35,135 nt of DNA from the NCBI GenBank assembly GCA_011051925.1, contig DRKE01000031.1:1-35135 (forward strand), written 5' to 3'. The stretch is from Deltaproteobacteria bacterium. GTDB taxonomy: Bacteria; Myxococcota_A; UBA9160; UBA4427. A model generated the notes under the pieces. The model worked only from the letters and a program-made list of their open reading frames with translations, was not told the origin of the DNA and searched no databases. The first letter of the stretch is position 1, and every line of letters begins with the position of its first letter. Positions 8,738 through 16,732 of the stretch are shown here, piece after piece. Position numbers and translations under genes: made by a program.

Positions 8738-9241
8738 CTACCGGAGCCAGTCCCCCGGCGCAGCGACATCGGGCAGCTCGCCCCGTTCACGCATCGACCT
8801 CAGCTCCCGGACGAGCTCGATGCTTCGGGCGCCCTCGGTCGTCGCGTGGTCCGGTCCGACCAGCCAGAGGGCGAGCATCACGAGAATGATGGAGACGATC
8901 GCTCCTTCTGCTGCACCGAGCGCCCCCCCGCCGAGACGATCGGCCCAGCCGAGCCCCGCCGCTGCCGCCCCCCGACGGATCAGTCGGGCGAGGAACCCGA
9001 GCAGCAGGATCGTCGTGACGACGAGAACAACACCGGCGATCCAGAGTGCGGTCTTGCCCGTGATCTCGCCCCCCGTCCATCCGGTCAGTCGGGACGCCAG
9101 GGGTTCGACCCCGAGACGCGTCACGAGGGTCGCGACACCGATCGCGGCGAGGGACGAACCCTCCCGGATCAGCCCGATCCAGACCCCACGGAGGATCGCG
9201 ATGAAGAGGACCGTGACGACGATCATGTCGATCAGGGGCAT
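8738..9241 (-). CDS. cvpA: CvpA family membrane protein
   Basis: MPLIDMIVVTVLFIAILRGVWIGLIRE... is a typical CvpA N-terminus, and there are four hydrophobic segments. ATG 9241 is preferred over the TTG at 9256 used by the track. Confidence 0.8.
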   Translation of the reverse strand: MPLIDMIVVTVLFIAILRGVWIGLIREGSSLAAIGVATLVTRLGVEPLASRLTGWTGGEITGKTALWIAGVVLVVTTILLLGFLARLIRRGAAAAGLGWADRLGGGALGAAEGAIVSIILVMLALWLVGPDHATTEGARSIELVRELRSMRERGELPDVAAPGDWLR

Positions 9242-9252
9242 GTTCGAGTCGG

Positions 9253-10422
9253 TCAAGGGGAGGGATCTCCGGGCCTCGCGGCGAGGGGCGACGTCGACCA
9301 GCCCGAAATCGCGAGATCCGTTTCGGAATCCGTCGAGGAGCGTCCTCCCTTCGGATCCGCAGCGGATTCGGAAGGGGGGACGTCCGAGGCGCTGGCGGCC
9401 GGTGATGTCCCCGCCCCTCGGGCCCGACGTCGGTTGCCGCGCACGAGCCGCAGGTACATGCGCGCCTCATCGCGACCGGAATCCTTCTCGAGAACGGATT
9501 CCCACTCGCGGATCGCTTCGGGTGTTCTCCCCATGGAATAGTAGGTGAGGCCGAGCTGGATCTGGCTATCGAGCATGCCGGGATGGGCTCGCAGGATCCG
9601 TTCGAATTCCCGCGCGGCCTGGAAGGGCAGGCCCGCTTCCCGCAAGGTCAATCCCAGACGATGCCGGATGTCGTGGAATGTCGGACAGCGATCGAGGGCG
9701 CGGCGATACGCCTCGATCGCATCGCGTCGTTCGCCGGCCTCGGCGAGGGCATCGCCCAGAGCCGCCTGTTGGTTCGCGAGTTTTCCGCGGGTCGTCGGGT
9801 CGAGCCCGTTCCCGCTCGACCGGGCCAGCTGACTCGCGCGTTCGGCATAGCCCTGGGATTTTTCGAAATCGCCGCGGCGGGCATGCAGGCTGGCGAGGGC
9901 GAGCAGGGCTTCGACGTAGGAGGGGTTGATCCGGACCGCATGGCGCAGGTGGGCAACGGCCGCATCGAGGTCGTCCCGGCGTTCCTGGAGCATTCCGAGC
10001 ATGTAGTGGACGTCGGCGTACTCGAATCCATGGTCGATCAGGCGGGTCAGGTTCTCGATCGCCGTTGCATCTTCACCCCGCTCGAAGGCTCGGCGGCCTC
10101 GAATCAGGATCTCCCGATCACTCGCGACGGATCCGAGGTGGACCCGCCGGGCGACGTTCGTCCCGAGACCGATCCGATCGGCCGCAGCCTCTGGCGGCTC
10201 GACCGATTCCCCGTCGAGGGAACGATCCGCCGCGCTGGACGGGTCTTCCGGTTTTCGAGCGGCTCCACGCGGAAACCGCGGCTCCTGATGGATGTCCAAA
10301 TCGAATCCTCCCCCCGAATTCCTTCGACCCGAACGCCGAGCTTCAAGGAGAATCGCATTTCGTCCGGGAGACGTCGAGAGCCGCTCGGTCGGGGACCCGG
10401 GAGCGTGACCGGATCGTCCCAT
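9253..10422 (-). CDS. tetratricopeptide-repeat protein
   Basis: Multiple TPR-like units (YADVHYMLGMLQERRDDLDAAVAHLRHAVRINPSYVEAL..., LGDALAEAGERRDAIEAYRRALDRCP, QIQLGLTYYSMGRTPEAIREWESVL). ATG at 10422 shares one base with the bamD stop (TGATG). The N-terminal ~90 aa are low complexity, so the start is uncertain. The part of the 663-aa track ORF upstream of 10422 overlaps bamD and is rejected. Confidence 0.7.
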   Translation of the reverse strand: MGRSGHAPGSPTERLSTSPGRNAILLEARRSGRRNSGGGFDLDIHQEPRFPRGAARKPEDPSSAADRSLDGESVEPPEAAADRIGLGTNVARRVHLGSVASDREILIRGRRAFERGEDATAIENLTRLIDHGFEYADVHYMLGMLQERRDDLDAAVAHLRHAVRINPSYVEALLALASLHARRGDFEKSQGYAERASQLARSSGNGLDPTTRGKLANQQAALGDALAEAGERRDAIEAYRRALDRCPTFHDIRHRLGLTLREAGLPFQAAREFERILRAHPGMLDSQIQLGLTYYSMGRTPEAIREWESVLEKDSGRDEARMYLRLVRGNRRRARGAGTSPAASASDVPPSESAADPKGGRSSTDSETDLAISGWSTSPLAARPGDPSP

Positions 10423-11405
10423 CAATCCGCTCGGGCGATCCGAGCGCGCGCGCGTTTCGCGGCGGGGGAGTCCGCGTAGTTCTCGACGACCACATGGTAG
10501 AGGCGGAGGGCTTCGTCCTCCCGATGCATGTTCTCCATGCACAGGCCGAGACGATAGAGGGCTCGGGCATCGAGCCCGAGACCGGGATATTCGTCGAGGA
10601 CCCGGCGATAGCGGACGGCGGCGGATTGCCAGTGGGTCCGGTCGAGATAGAAATCCGCGATGTGGATCATGTTGAGGGCGAGGCGGGTGCGAAGCTCGAT
10701 CATCATCCGTTCCCCTTCTCGGGTTTCGGGGGCGTAGGGGAATCGACGGATGAGTGTTTCGAGGGCCTCCGTCGCGCGACGCGTCTCGGTCTGGTCGCGA
10801 TCGATCGATTCGATCTGGTTGAAATGGCATTGTGCGATTCGGAGCAGTGCGTAGGGGACGTTCTCGTGTCGCGGGTGGAGGTCGACGAAGTCCTGATAGT
10901 AGGCGAGCGCCTCCTCGTATCGATGATCCGCGAAGTAGGCGTCGGCGATCTTCAGCAGGGCCTTCTCCTCGAACTCGCTGTAGGGATAGTTGTCGATGAT
11001 CGACTGGAAGGTTTCGATCGCCTGGTCGTAGTTGACGTAGTTGAAGAGTCCCAGGATGCGACGTCCTTCGAGGATCTCGAGACCTTCCGCGTAGAGCTCG
11101 TCCGCGGGCTTGATCTCTTCGAAGGTCGGCTGCTTTTCGGCGCAGCCCTGCGATAGGACGAGGAGAGCGATGAGAAGGCCGATCGGGAATCCGGCGCGGG
11201 ATCCCGCCCGGAATCGTCGATTCGACGGAGTGCGTCGGGAGCAATCCCCGCCAACGGCCCGGGCGGCTCCGCGGGTCGAGTCGGCTTCCGCGTTCTTCCG
11301 GCGGGAGGCGGCTATCTGGATCGGTGGAGGAGGCAAGTTCGAGGTTCCCGGGCGCACGCTATCGGGGGTATCCGGCCCAGTCAATTTGACAGCCCGGGTC
11401 CGCAT
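10422..11405 (-). CDS. bamD: outer membrane protein assembly factor BamD (YfiO) lipoprotein
   Basis: Signal and lipobox-like segment FPIGLLIALLVLSQGC is followed by AEKQPTFEEIKPADELYAEGLEILEGRR...IDNYPYSEFEEKALLKIADAYF...LHPRHENVPYALLRIAQCHF...RFPYAPE...IADFYLDRTHWQSAAVRYRRVLDEYP, a typical BamD TPR-like array. The start is uncertain: the only in-frame ATG/GTG/TTG codons lie 46 or more codons before the signal peptide. Confidence 0.85.
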   Translation of the reverse strand: MRTRAVKLTGPDTPDSVRPGTSNLPPPPIQIAASRRKNAEADSTRGAARAVGGDCSRRTPSNRRFRAGSRAGFPIGLLIALLVLSQGCAEKQPTFEEIKPADELYAEGLEILEGRRILGLFNYVNYDQAIETFQSIIDNYPYSEFEEKALLKIADAYFADHRYEEALAYYQDFVDLHPRHENVPYALLRIAQCHFNQIESIDRDQTETRRATEALETLIRRFPYAPETREGERMMIELRTRLALNMIHIADFYLDRTHWQSAAVRYRRVLDEYPGLGLDARALYRLGLCMENMHREDEALRLYHVVVENYADSPAAKRARARIARAD

Positions 11406-11572
11406 CGGTTCCCGGAGAAGGACAACGGGCGATCCGGCCCGGGCCCGACGGGTTCCGGAGAGGCATCGCGATGCGCGGGGTTCCCGGGGCTGCTAGTGTC
11501 CCGGCCCGCGCGCGCGCCGGCCACGTCCCGGCCGGCGAGCCCCACGCGCTGTCTTCCGGATCCGGCAGGAAT

Positions 11573-11612
11573 CGGAAACAGGAACCGGAAACAGGAACCG
11601 GAAACCGGAAGC
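11573..11612. repeat. short tandem repeat: CGGAAACAGGAAC x2 followed by CGGAAAC and CGGAAGC
   Basis: Read directly: 11573-11585 and 11586-11598 are identical 13-mers, followed by two degenerate 7-mers. It lies in the 323-bp bamD-divergent intergenic region. Confidence 0.9.
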
Positions 11613-11728
11613 GCAGGGTCACGGGTGGGAAGTCCGGGTGTGAATCCGAGGTCGGACTCCCCGGGCCGAGCGCCATACGGGAATCCGGACCGGAAGTCGG
11701 AGCAGTCCGAGAGCAGGGAGATTCGAGC

Positions 11729-12022
11729 ATGGATAGAGAATCGGTGGAGCGCCTTCGATTCGATCGTCGACTGAAGCGAAGAAGCGGCTGGCTCTCAGCG
11801 GCGGATGAAGAGGCCTATCTCGCTTCGTTGCCCGACGTGTCGGACAAGATGACGACGATCGCGGAAGAGGAAGAAAAGACGGCCGAGGAAAAGGCCGCTT
11901 CCCCGACACAGGCTGATGAGGGCCGGCCCCCTGCGGCGCCCACGGCGGGGGATTTCTCGACTCCGAGCCCCTTCGGCTCCGGAGCGGGGAGCGGTTTCGG
12001 CGGCCCCTCCGGCGGGGACTGA
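11729..12022 (+). CDS. hypothetical small protein (97 aa) with acidic middle and Gly/Ser/Pro-rich tail
   Basis: ATG 11729 is preceded by GGGAG about 11 nt upstream. Sequence: MDRESVERLRFDRRLKRRSGWLSAADEEAYLASLPDVSDKMTTIAEEEEKTAEEK... It is the first ORF of the plus-strand cluster and I recognise no family. Confidence 0.5.
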   Translation: MDRESVERLRFDRRLKRRSGWLSAADEEAYLASLPDVSDKMTTIAEEEEKTAEEKAASPTQADEGRPPAAPTAGDFSTPSPFGSGAGSGFGGPSGGD

Positions 12023-12037
12023 TCCCGTGCCTCGAGC

Positions 12038-12688
12038 GTGATCAAGGAAAAGCTCGGTCATCGCATCGATGGTTGGATCCGGACCCTGTTTCCCTTTCTC
12101 TTCTGGCGGCGGATCGACCCCGATTGGCTGACCGTCAGCGGTATGCTCGTGGCTTCGATGGCGGGACTGGCCTTCGCTCGGGGTGAGTTCAGGCTGGGTG
12201 GTCTGCTTCTCGTTTTCGGCGGATTCTTCGACCTCGTTGATGGCGTCGTGGCGCGCCATTTCGGAATCGCCACCCGATTCGGCGCCTTTCTCGATTCGTC
12301 CCTGGATCGTGTGGTCGATGTGCTCGTGATGGTGGGCCTGATCGTCTTCTTCTCGCGGGAGGCGGCCTGGGTCGACGTCGGGCTCTGCAGCGTGATCCTG
12401 GTGGCCTCGGTGCTGACCTCCTACGCCCGGGCCCGCGCCGAGCTCGTGATCGACCGGATGCCCGGGGGGCTTCTGGAGCGCGGGGAGCGGATCGGCCTGT
12501 TGGCCGCGGGCACGATCCTCGGTGTGCTCCAGCCGATCCTCTATGTTCTGGCGATCGGCACCACCGTGACGGTGGGACAGCGATTCCTCTACGCTCGTCG
12601 CGAGATGGTGCGCCTCGATCGCGAGAGCCGATCGGGTCCGCCTCCGCAAACGAGTCATGGGCATGCGGGTCCGGCGGGTCCGTCGTGA
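12038..12688 (+). CDS. CDP-alcohol phosphatidyltransferase family protein
   Basis: GTG start. Exact family signature D-x2-D-G-x2-A-R-x8-G-x3-D-x3-D in DLVDGVVARHFGIATRFGAFLDSSLDRVVD. Multiple transmembrane segments. Confidence 0.85.
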   Translation: MIKEKLGHRIDGWIRTLFPFLFWRRIDPDWLTVSGMLVASMAGLAFARGEFRLGGLLLVFGGFFDLVDGVVARHFGIATRFGAFLDSSLDRVVDVLVMVGLIVFFSREAAWVDVGLCSVILVASVLTSYARARAELVIDRMPGGLLERGERIGLLAAGTILGVLQPILYVLAIGTTVTVGQRFLYARREMVRLDRESRSGPPPQTSHGHAGPAGPS

Positions 12689-13073
12689 TTCGCGAAATGA
12701 AGCGCCGGGAAGCGCGAAGCGTCGGGAACCGGGGTCGAAGAAGAGATTCCTGATCGAAGAGGTGGGCGGAGTGATGCCGGTGGACGAGCGAGAAGGCGAG
12801 GAACGAACCGGGGCGATGGGCGAGATGCCGAAGGTCGATTTCGCGACCTTCGTCCTTTCCCTCGGAACGACGGCGCTCTATCAGATGGGCGTGATCGAAG
12901 ATCCCGCTTCCGGGAAGAAGGAGGCGCCGAAGCCGCTCCTGGCTGGCCAGACGATCGACACCCTCGAGATGCTGCGCGACAAGACACTCGGCAATCTCGA
13001 TCCGGAAGAGCGGAAGCTGATCGATTCCCTGCTTCACGAGCTCCGTCTGCATTTCGTCGCACTCGATCGGTGA
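12657..13073 (+). CDS. DUF1844 domain-containing protein
   Basis: Core PKVDFATFVLSLGTTALYQMGVIEDPASGKKEAPKPLLAGQTIDTLEMLRDKTLGNLDPEERKLIDSLLHELRLHFV matches my recollection of the DUF1844 pattern. The start is ambiguous: ATG 12657 overlaps the upstream gene by 32 nt, while ATG 12774 follows GGCGGAG. Confidence 0.7.
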   Translation: MGMRVRRVRRDSRNEAPGSAKRREPGSKKRFLIEEVGGVMPVDEREGEERTGAMGEMPKVDFATFVLSLGTTALYQMGVIEDPASGKKEAPKPLLAGQTIDTLEMLRDKTLGNLDPEERKLIDSLLHELRLHFVALDR

Positions 13074-14029
13074 GCCGGGTCGCGGTCGGGACCCGGCGCC
13101 GTCGCGCGCCCGCCAAGGTGAATCTCGGCCTGCGTCTCGTCGGCGTGCGAGAGGACGGATACCACCTGCTCGAAAGCGTCTTCGCGCCGATCGGCCTCGC
13201 CGATGCGCTCGAGATCGAGGTTTCGCCCGGGGATCCCGGGATCGAACTCGAGGTCGTCTCCGCCCCCTCGGAAGCGCTTCCCGTCGCGCTCCGGTTGCCA
13301 TCCGACGGAGGCGGTGAGAATCTGGTCGTCCGGGCGGCCCGGGCCTTCTGCCGGCGACGAGGCTGGGATGCCCGGATCCGGATCCGGCTCGAGAAGCGCA
13401 TTCCCGTCGGTGCGGGGCTTGGCGGAGGATCGAGCGATGCAGCGGCCGTGCTGACCGGCCTGGCCTCGATCCTCGACGGCTCGGAGATGAAGAGCGGGCG
13501 GGTGTCGGAAGAGCTTCATGAGCTGGCCCTCTCACTCGGCGCGGACGTGCCCTTCTTCCTCTACGGATCCCCCGCCCGGGTCGGCGGAATCGGCGACGAG
13601 GTCGAACCGCTTTCCGGGCTGGCCGCGCTGGACCTGGTGCTCGTCAATCCGGGCATTGCCCTGGCGACACCGGAGGTCTACCGCGTCGCGGATGTGTTGC
13701 GGGGCGCGTTGACGGACCCAGGAGCAGGCTCTACGATGCGGGCGATTTCACGGTTGTGTGGTGAAACCGGCGATCTGGCCTCTGCCCTCGGGGATCTTCT
13801 TGTCAACGATCTCGAGCCCGCCGCGAGGCGGCTCTGTCCGCCCGTCGGGCGGCTCGCGAATCGACTCAGCGAACTCGGGTCGATCGGGGTGGCCCTGTCC
13901 GGCAGCGGTGCCACGGTTTTCGGGGTCTTCGAGTCGGCTGAACGAGCCGGCCGGGCGGCGGAGGCGTTGCGGGCTCCGGATTCCGGGGCCGCCTGGGTGT
14001 GCGTGACCCGGATCATCGCGGCCGGCTGA
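13070..14029 (+). CDS. ispE: 4-diphosphocytidyl-2-C-methyl-D-erythritol kinase
   Basis: GTG 13070 overlaps the DUF1844 stop (GTGA). APAKVNLGLRLVGVREDGYHLLESVF; GHMP-kinase motif IPVGAGLGGGSSDAAAVL; LSGSGATVFGVF. Confidence 0.9.
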   Translation: MSRVAVGTRRRRAPAKVNLGLRLVGVREDGYHLLESVFAPIGLADALEIEVSPGDPGIELEVVSAPSEALPVALRLPSDGGGENLVVRAARAFCRRRGWDARIRIRLEKRIPVGAGLGGGSSDAAAVLTGLASILDGSEMKSGRVSEELHELALSLGADVPFFLYGSPARVGGIGDEVEPLSGLAALDLVLVNPGIALATPEVYRVADVLRGALTDPGAGSTMRAISRLCGETGDLASALGDLLVNDLEPAARRLCPPVGRLANRLSELGSIGVALSGSGATVFGVFESAERAGRAAEALRAPDSGAAWVCVTRIIAAG

Positions 14030-14045
14030 CGGAGTGACGATTTTC

Positions 14046-14120
14046 TGGGGCGTCGCCAAACGGTAAGGCAGCGGCCTTTGGAGCCGCCATTTGTAGGTTC
14101 GAATCCTACCGCCCCAACCA
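14046..14120 (+). tRNA. tRNA-Gln (anticodon UUG), CCA encoded
   Basis: TGGGGCGTCGCCAAACGGTAAGGCAGCGGCCTTTGGAGCCGCCATTTGTAGGTTCGAATCCTACCGCCCCAACCA. Acceptor stem TGGGGCG/CGCCCCA, anticodon stem GCGGC/GCCGC with loop CTTTGGA, T-arm GTAGG-TTCGAATC-CCTAC. Very similar to E. coli tRNA-Gln. Confidence 0.9.
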
Positions 14121-14292
14121 GCTTGTCGGGCTTCGCTCGACGTCGGGAAGGCGCGCAGGCGGAGCTTCCGGAAAGTCGCCGGAAGGGGCGGAGGCGGGGA
14201 TGCCGGACACGAGCGAACGCGGTGTCCGGAATGCCCTGGGCCGGATCGGGACCGGCCAGCGGGCGGACGAGGCTGGCGGGAAAGGCAGACCG

Positions 14293-15228
14293 ATGCAGGA
14301 TCTGAAGCTGTTCAGCGGGAATGCGAACGTGGCTCTCGCGCGGGCGGTCGCCCGGTATCTCGACCTCGAACTCGGCCGGGCCGAGGTCGGCACCTTCAGT
14401 GACGGCGAGTGCGCGATCGAGATCGGCGAGAACGTGCGTGGTCTCGACTGTTTCGCTCTGCAATCGACCTGCGCTCCCCAGAACAGCCATCTGATGGAGC
14501 TGCTGATCATGCTCGATGCGCTGAAGCGCGCGTCGGCCAAGCGGATCACGGCCGTCATTCCCTATTACGGGTACGCCCGCCAGGACCGGAAGGTCCGACC
14601 GCGGGTACCGATCACGGCGAAGCTCGTCGCCGACCTGATCCATACGGCCGGGGCGGATCGTGTCCTCTGCATGGACCTGCATTCGGGTCAGATCCAGGGA
14701 TTCTTCAACATACCCGTCGACAATCTCTATTCGACCCGGCTCATGCTCGAGGCGATCGAGCGCCGGATCGGAAGCGACGTGACCGTCGTGTCTCCGGATG
14801 CGGGCGGAACCGAGCGCGCCCGAGCTTTCGCCAAACGTCTCGGCGCGCGACTCGCGATCATCGACAAGCGCCGCGAGGTCGCCAATATCGCCGAGGTCAT
14901 GAACATCATCGGAGACGTGAAAGGCGAGACCTGTGTGATCGTCGACGACATGGTCGACACGGCGGGCACCCTCTGTGAGGCGGCGCGAAGTCTCATGGAA
15001 GAGGGCGCGACGGCTGTCCATGCCGCGATCACGCATCCCGTCCTCTCGGGTCCGGCGCTGAAGCGGATCTCGGAGTCTCCGCTGACCCAGGTCATCGTGA
15101 CGGACACGATTCCGCTGCGCCCCGATGCCGTCGATATCGGGAAGCTGCACGTGGTTTCCGTCGCCGCACCGATCGGAGAGGCGATCCGGCGGATCAACAA
15201 CGAGGAGAGCGTGAGTTCGCTCTTCTAG
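14293..15228 (+). CDS. prs: ribose-phosphate pyrophosphokinase
   Basis: ATG 14293 ([23 protein letters not shown]). [23 protein letters not shown], and PRPP-binding loop [14 protein letters not shown]. Confidence 0.95.
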   Translation: MQDLKLFSGNANVALARAVARYLDLELGRAEVGTFSDGECAIEIGENVRGLDCFALQSTCAPQNSHLMELLIMLDALKRASAKRITAVIPYYGYARQDRKVRPRVPITAKLVADLIHTAGADRVLCMDLHSGQIQGFFNIPVDNLYSTRLMLEAIERRIGSDVTVVSPDAGGTERARAFAKRLGARLAIIDKRREVANIAEVMNIIGDVKGETCVIVDDMVDTAGTLCEAARSLMEEGATAVHAAITHPVLSGPALKRISESPLTQVIVTDTIPLRPDAVDIGKLHVVSVAAPIGEAIRRINNEESVSSLF

Positions 15229-15318
15229 AACGGATACCAGGACGAACATCCATGCACCGCGACGGGGGCCCGGAGATCCCGATGGGCATGCGCGCTGCGA
15301 GACGTGGCAAGGAGAAAA

Positions 15319-15984
15319 ATGAAGATGGGTGACGTGAAATTCGCAGTCGAAGCGCGAGAAGAGCGCGGCAAGGGGCCTGCCCGACGCCTGCGCAAGCGGG
15401 GCATGGCGCCCGGTGTCGTCTATGGAGGCGGCCGGCCGGCGACGCCCATCGCCTTCGATGCCGGTTCGCTCGAAAGGCTGATCGCGACGAGCCATGGTGG
15501 GTTGAACACGCTGATCGATCTCGAGGGAGATTCCCCCGTCGCTGGCAGGACGGTCATCGCGAAGGATCTCCAGCGAGAGCCGGTCCGCGGCCAGATCATC
15601 CATGTCGATTTCTATGAGATCGACCTGACGGAGAAGATCGAAGTCTCGGTGCCGATCCACCTCGTGGGACAGGCCTCGGGCGTCGTCCTCGGCGGGGTTC
15701 TCGACCAGCAGCAGCGCGAAGTGACCCTCCTCTGCATGCCCGATGCGATTCCCGACGAGATCGTGGCCGACATCAGCGGCATGGAGCTGGGGGATTCGCT
15801 TCACGTGCGTGATCTTCCGGTGCCCGAGGGCGTCGAGTTCCATACCGACGATGACCTCACGGTCGCGACCGTGCTGGTACCTCGGGGTCTCAAGGAAGAT
15901 GTCGTCGAGGGCGAGGGCGAAGAAGGTGCGGCCGAGGAAGCCGGGACCGAGTCGCCTGCCGGAGACGCGAAGAGCGAGTCCTGA
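15319..15984 (+). CDS. rplY: 50S ribosomal protein L25 / general stress protein Ctc (long form)
   Basis: ATG 15319 lies 4 nt after AAGGAGA. RLRKRGMAPGVVYGGG, and HVDFYEI with a beta-barrel C-domain and an acidic tail. Confidence 0.9.
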   Translation: MKMGDVKFAVEAREERGKGPARRLRKRGMAPGVVYGGGRPATPIAFDAGSLERLIATSHGGLNTLIDLEGDSPVAGRTVIAKDLQREPVRGQIIHVDFYEIDLTEKIEVSVPIHLVGQASGVVLGGVLDQQQREVTLLCMPDAIPDEIVADISGMELGDSLHVRDLPVPEGVEFHTDDDLTVATVLVPRGLKEDVVEGEGEEGAAEEAGTESPAGDAKSES

Positions 15985-16005
15985 AATCGGCCTCGACAAG
16001 GTCCG

Positions 16006-16650
16006 ATGCGACTCCTTCGCTCGATCCGAGCTCGACTCGCCGGCTCTCGCGAGCAGGCGGAGGCCGCGCCCGATCTCGTGATCGTGGGACTCGGGAATCC
16101 GGGTCCCCGCTACGAAGGGACGCGACACAATGTCGGTTTCCGCGTCGTTGAAGAGCTGGCCGATCGCCATGCGGGAAGCTGGCAGGAGGATCCCGGTCTC
16201 GAGGCGCTGACGTGTCGGATCGCGATCGGTGGCAAGCGGTGCCTGCTCGTCGAACCGCTCACCTTCATGAACCGCTCCGGTCGGAGCGTGCGGCGGGTCT
16301 TCGAACGTTGGTCCGATCTCGAACCCTCGACGCATCTTCTCGTCGTCGAAGACGATCTCGATCTGCCGACCGGCCGGATCCGCTTGCGCCCGGGCGGCGG
16401 GGCGGGGGGACATCGCGGGTTGGGGGCTGTCCTCGATGCCCTCGGCACGAAGGCCATCGCCCGACTTCGTTTCGGGATCGGACGTCCGGATGGGTCGATC
16501 CCCGTGATGGATTGGGTCCTGGCGCCATTCCCGTCCGACGAGGAGCGCGAGGTGCTGCCCCGGGCCCTCGGACAGGCTGCGGATGCCATCGAGATGATGG
16601 TCCGAGAAGGGCGGGCACCCGCAATGGCGCACTTCAATGCGGCGGGCTGA
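16006..16650 (+). CDS. pth: peptidyl-tRNA hydrolase
   Basis: VIVGLGNPGPRYEGTRHNVGF, FMNRSGRSV, LVVEDDLDLPTGRIRLRPGGGAGGHRGL. ATG 16006 gives a ~24-aa N-terminal extension over typical Pth, so an internal GTG start just before VGLGNPG cannot be excluded. Confidence 0.9.
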   Translation: MRLLRSIRARLAGSREQAEAAPDLVIVGLGNPGPRYEGTRHNVGFRVVEELADRHAGSWQEDPGLEALTCRIAIGGKRCLLVEPLTFMNRSGRSVRRVFERWSDLEPSTHLLVVEDDLDLPTGRIRLRPGGGAGGHRGLGAVLDALGTKAIARLRFGIGRPDGSIPVMDWVLAPFPSDEEREVLPRALGQAADAIEMMVREGRAPAMAHFNAAG

Positions 16651-16657
16651 ACACCGG

Positions 16658-16716
16658 ATTGTCAGGTTCCATTCTTTTTTTACCTGACAATGATCCCTTG
16701 AATCCAGATTGTCCGG
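16658..16716. promoter_or_regulatory. candidate operator: three copies of ATTGTC(A/C)GG in an AT-rich spacer upstream of the PdxR-like gene
   Basis: ATTGTCAGG at 16658-16666; its inverted copy CCTGACAAT at 16683-16691; ATTGTCCGG at 16708-16716. The two direct copies start exactly 50 bp apart. This is one of the most AT-rich stretches I noticed in the window. Confidence 0.4.
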
Positions 16717-16732
16717 CTGATAATTTTCGGCT

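Noticed and set aside
10423-11244. Upstream part of the 663-aa ORF 9253..11244 as a long TPR-protein N-terminus
   Set aside because: This stretch overlaps bamD in another frame and translates to Arg/Pro/Ser-rich sequence. The ATG at 10422, sharing a base with the bamD stop, is a more parsimonious start.
11573-11612. CRISPR array or mobile-element terminal repeat
   Set aside because: The units are only 13 nt, directly abutting with no spacers. There are no cas, transposase or integrase genes anywhere in the window.
13678-16632. 984-aa minus-strand ORF
   Set aside because: It is antisense to ispE, prs, rplY and pth, and runs straight through the tRNA-Gln gene and intergenic spacers. It has shadow-frame composition and no motifs.
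16659-16690. Hairpin TTGTCAGGT-N14-ACCTGACAA as a rho-independent terminator for pth
   Set aside because: The T-run lies inside the loop rather than after the stem, and the stem is AT-rich and short. It is better explained as part of the repeated ATTGTCMGG operator-like boxes.
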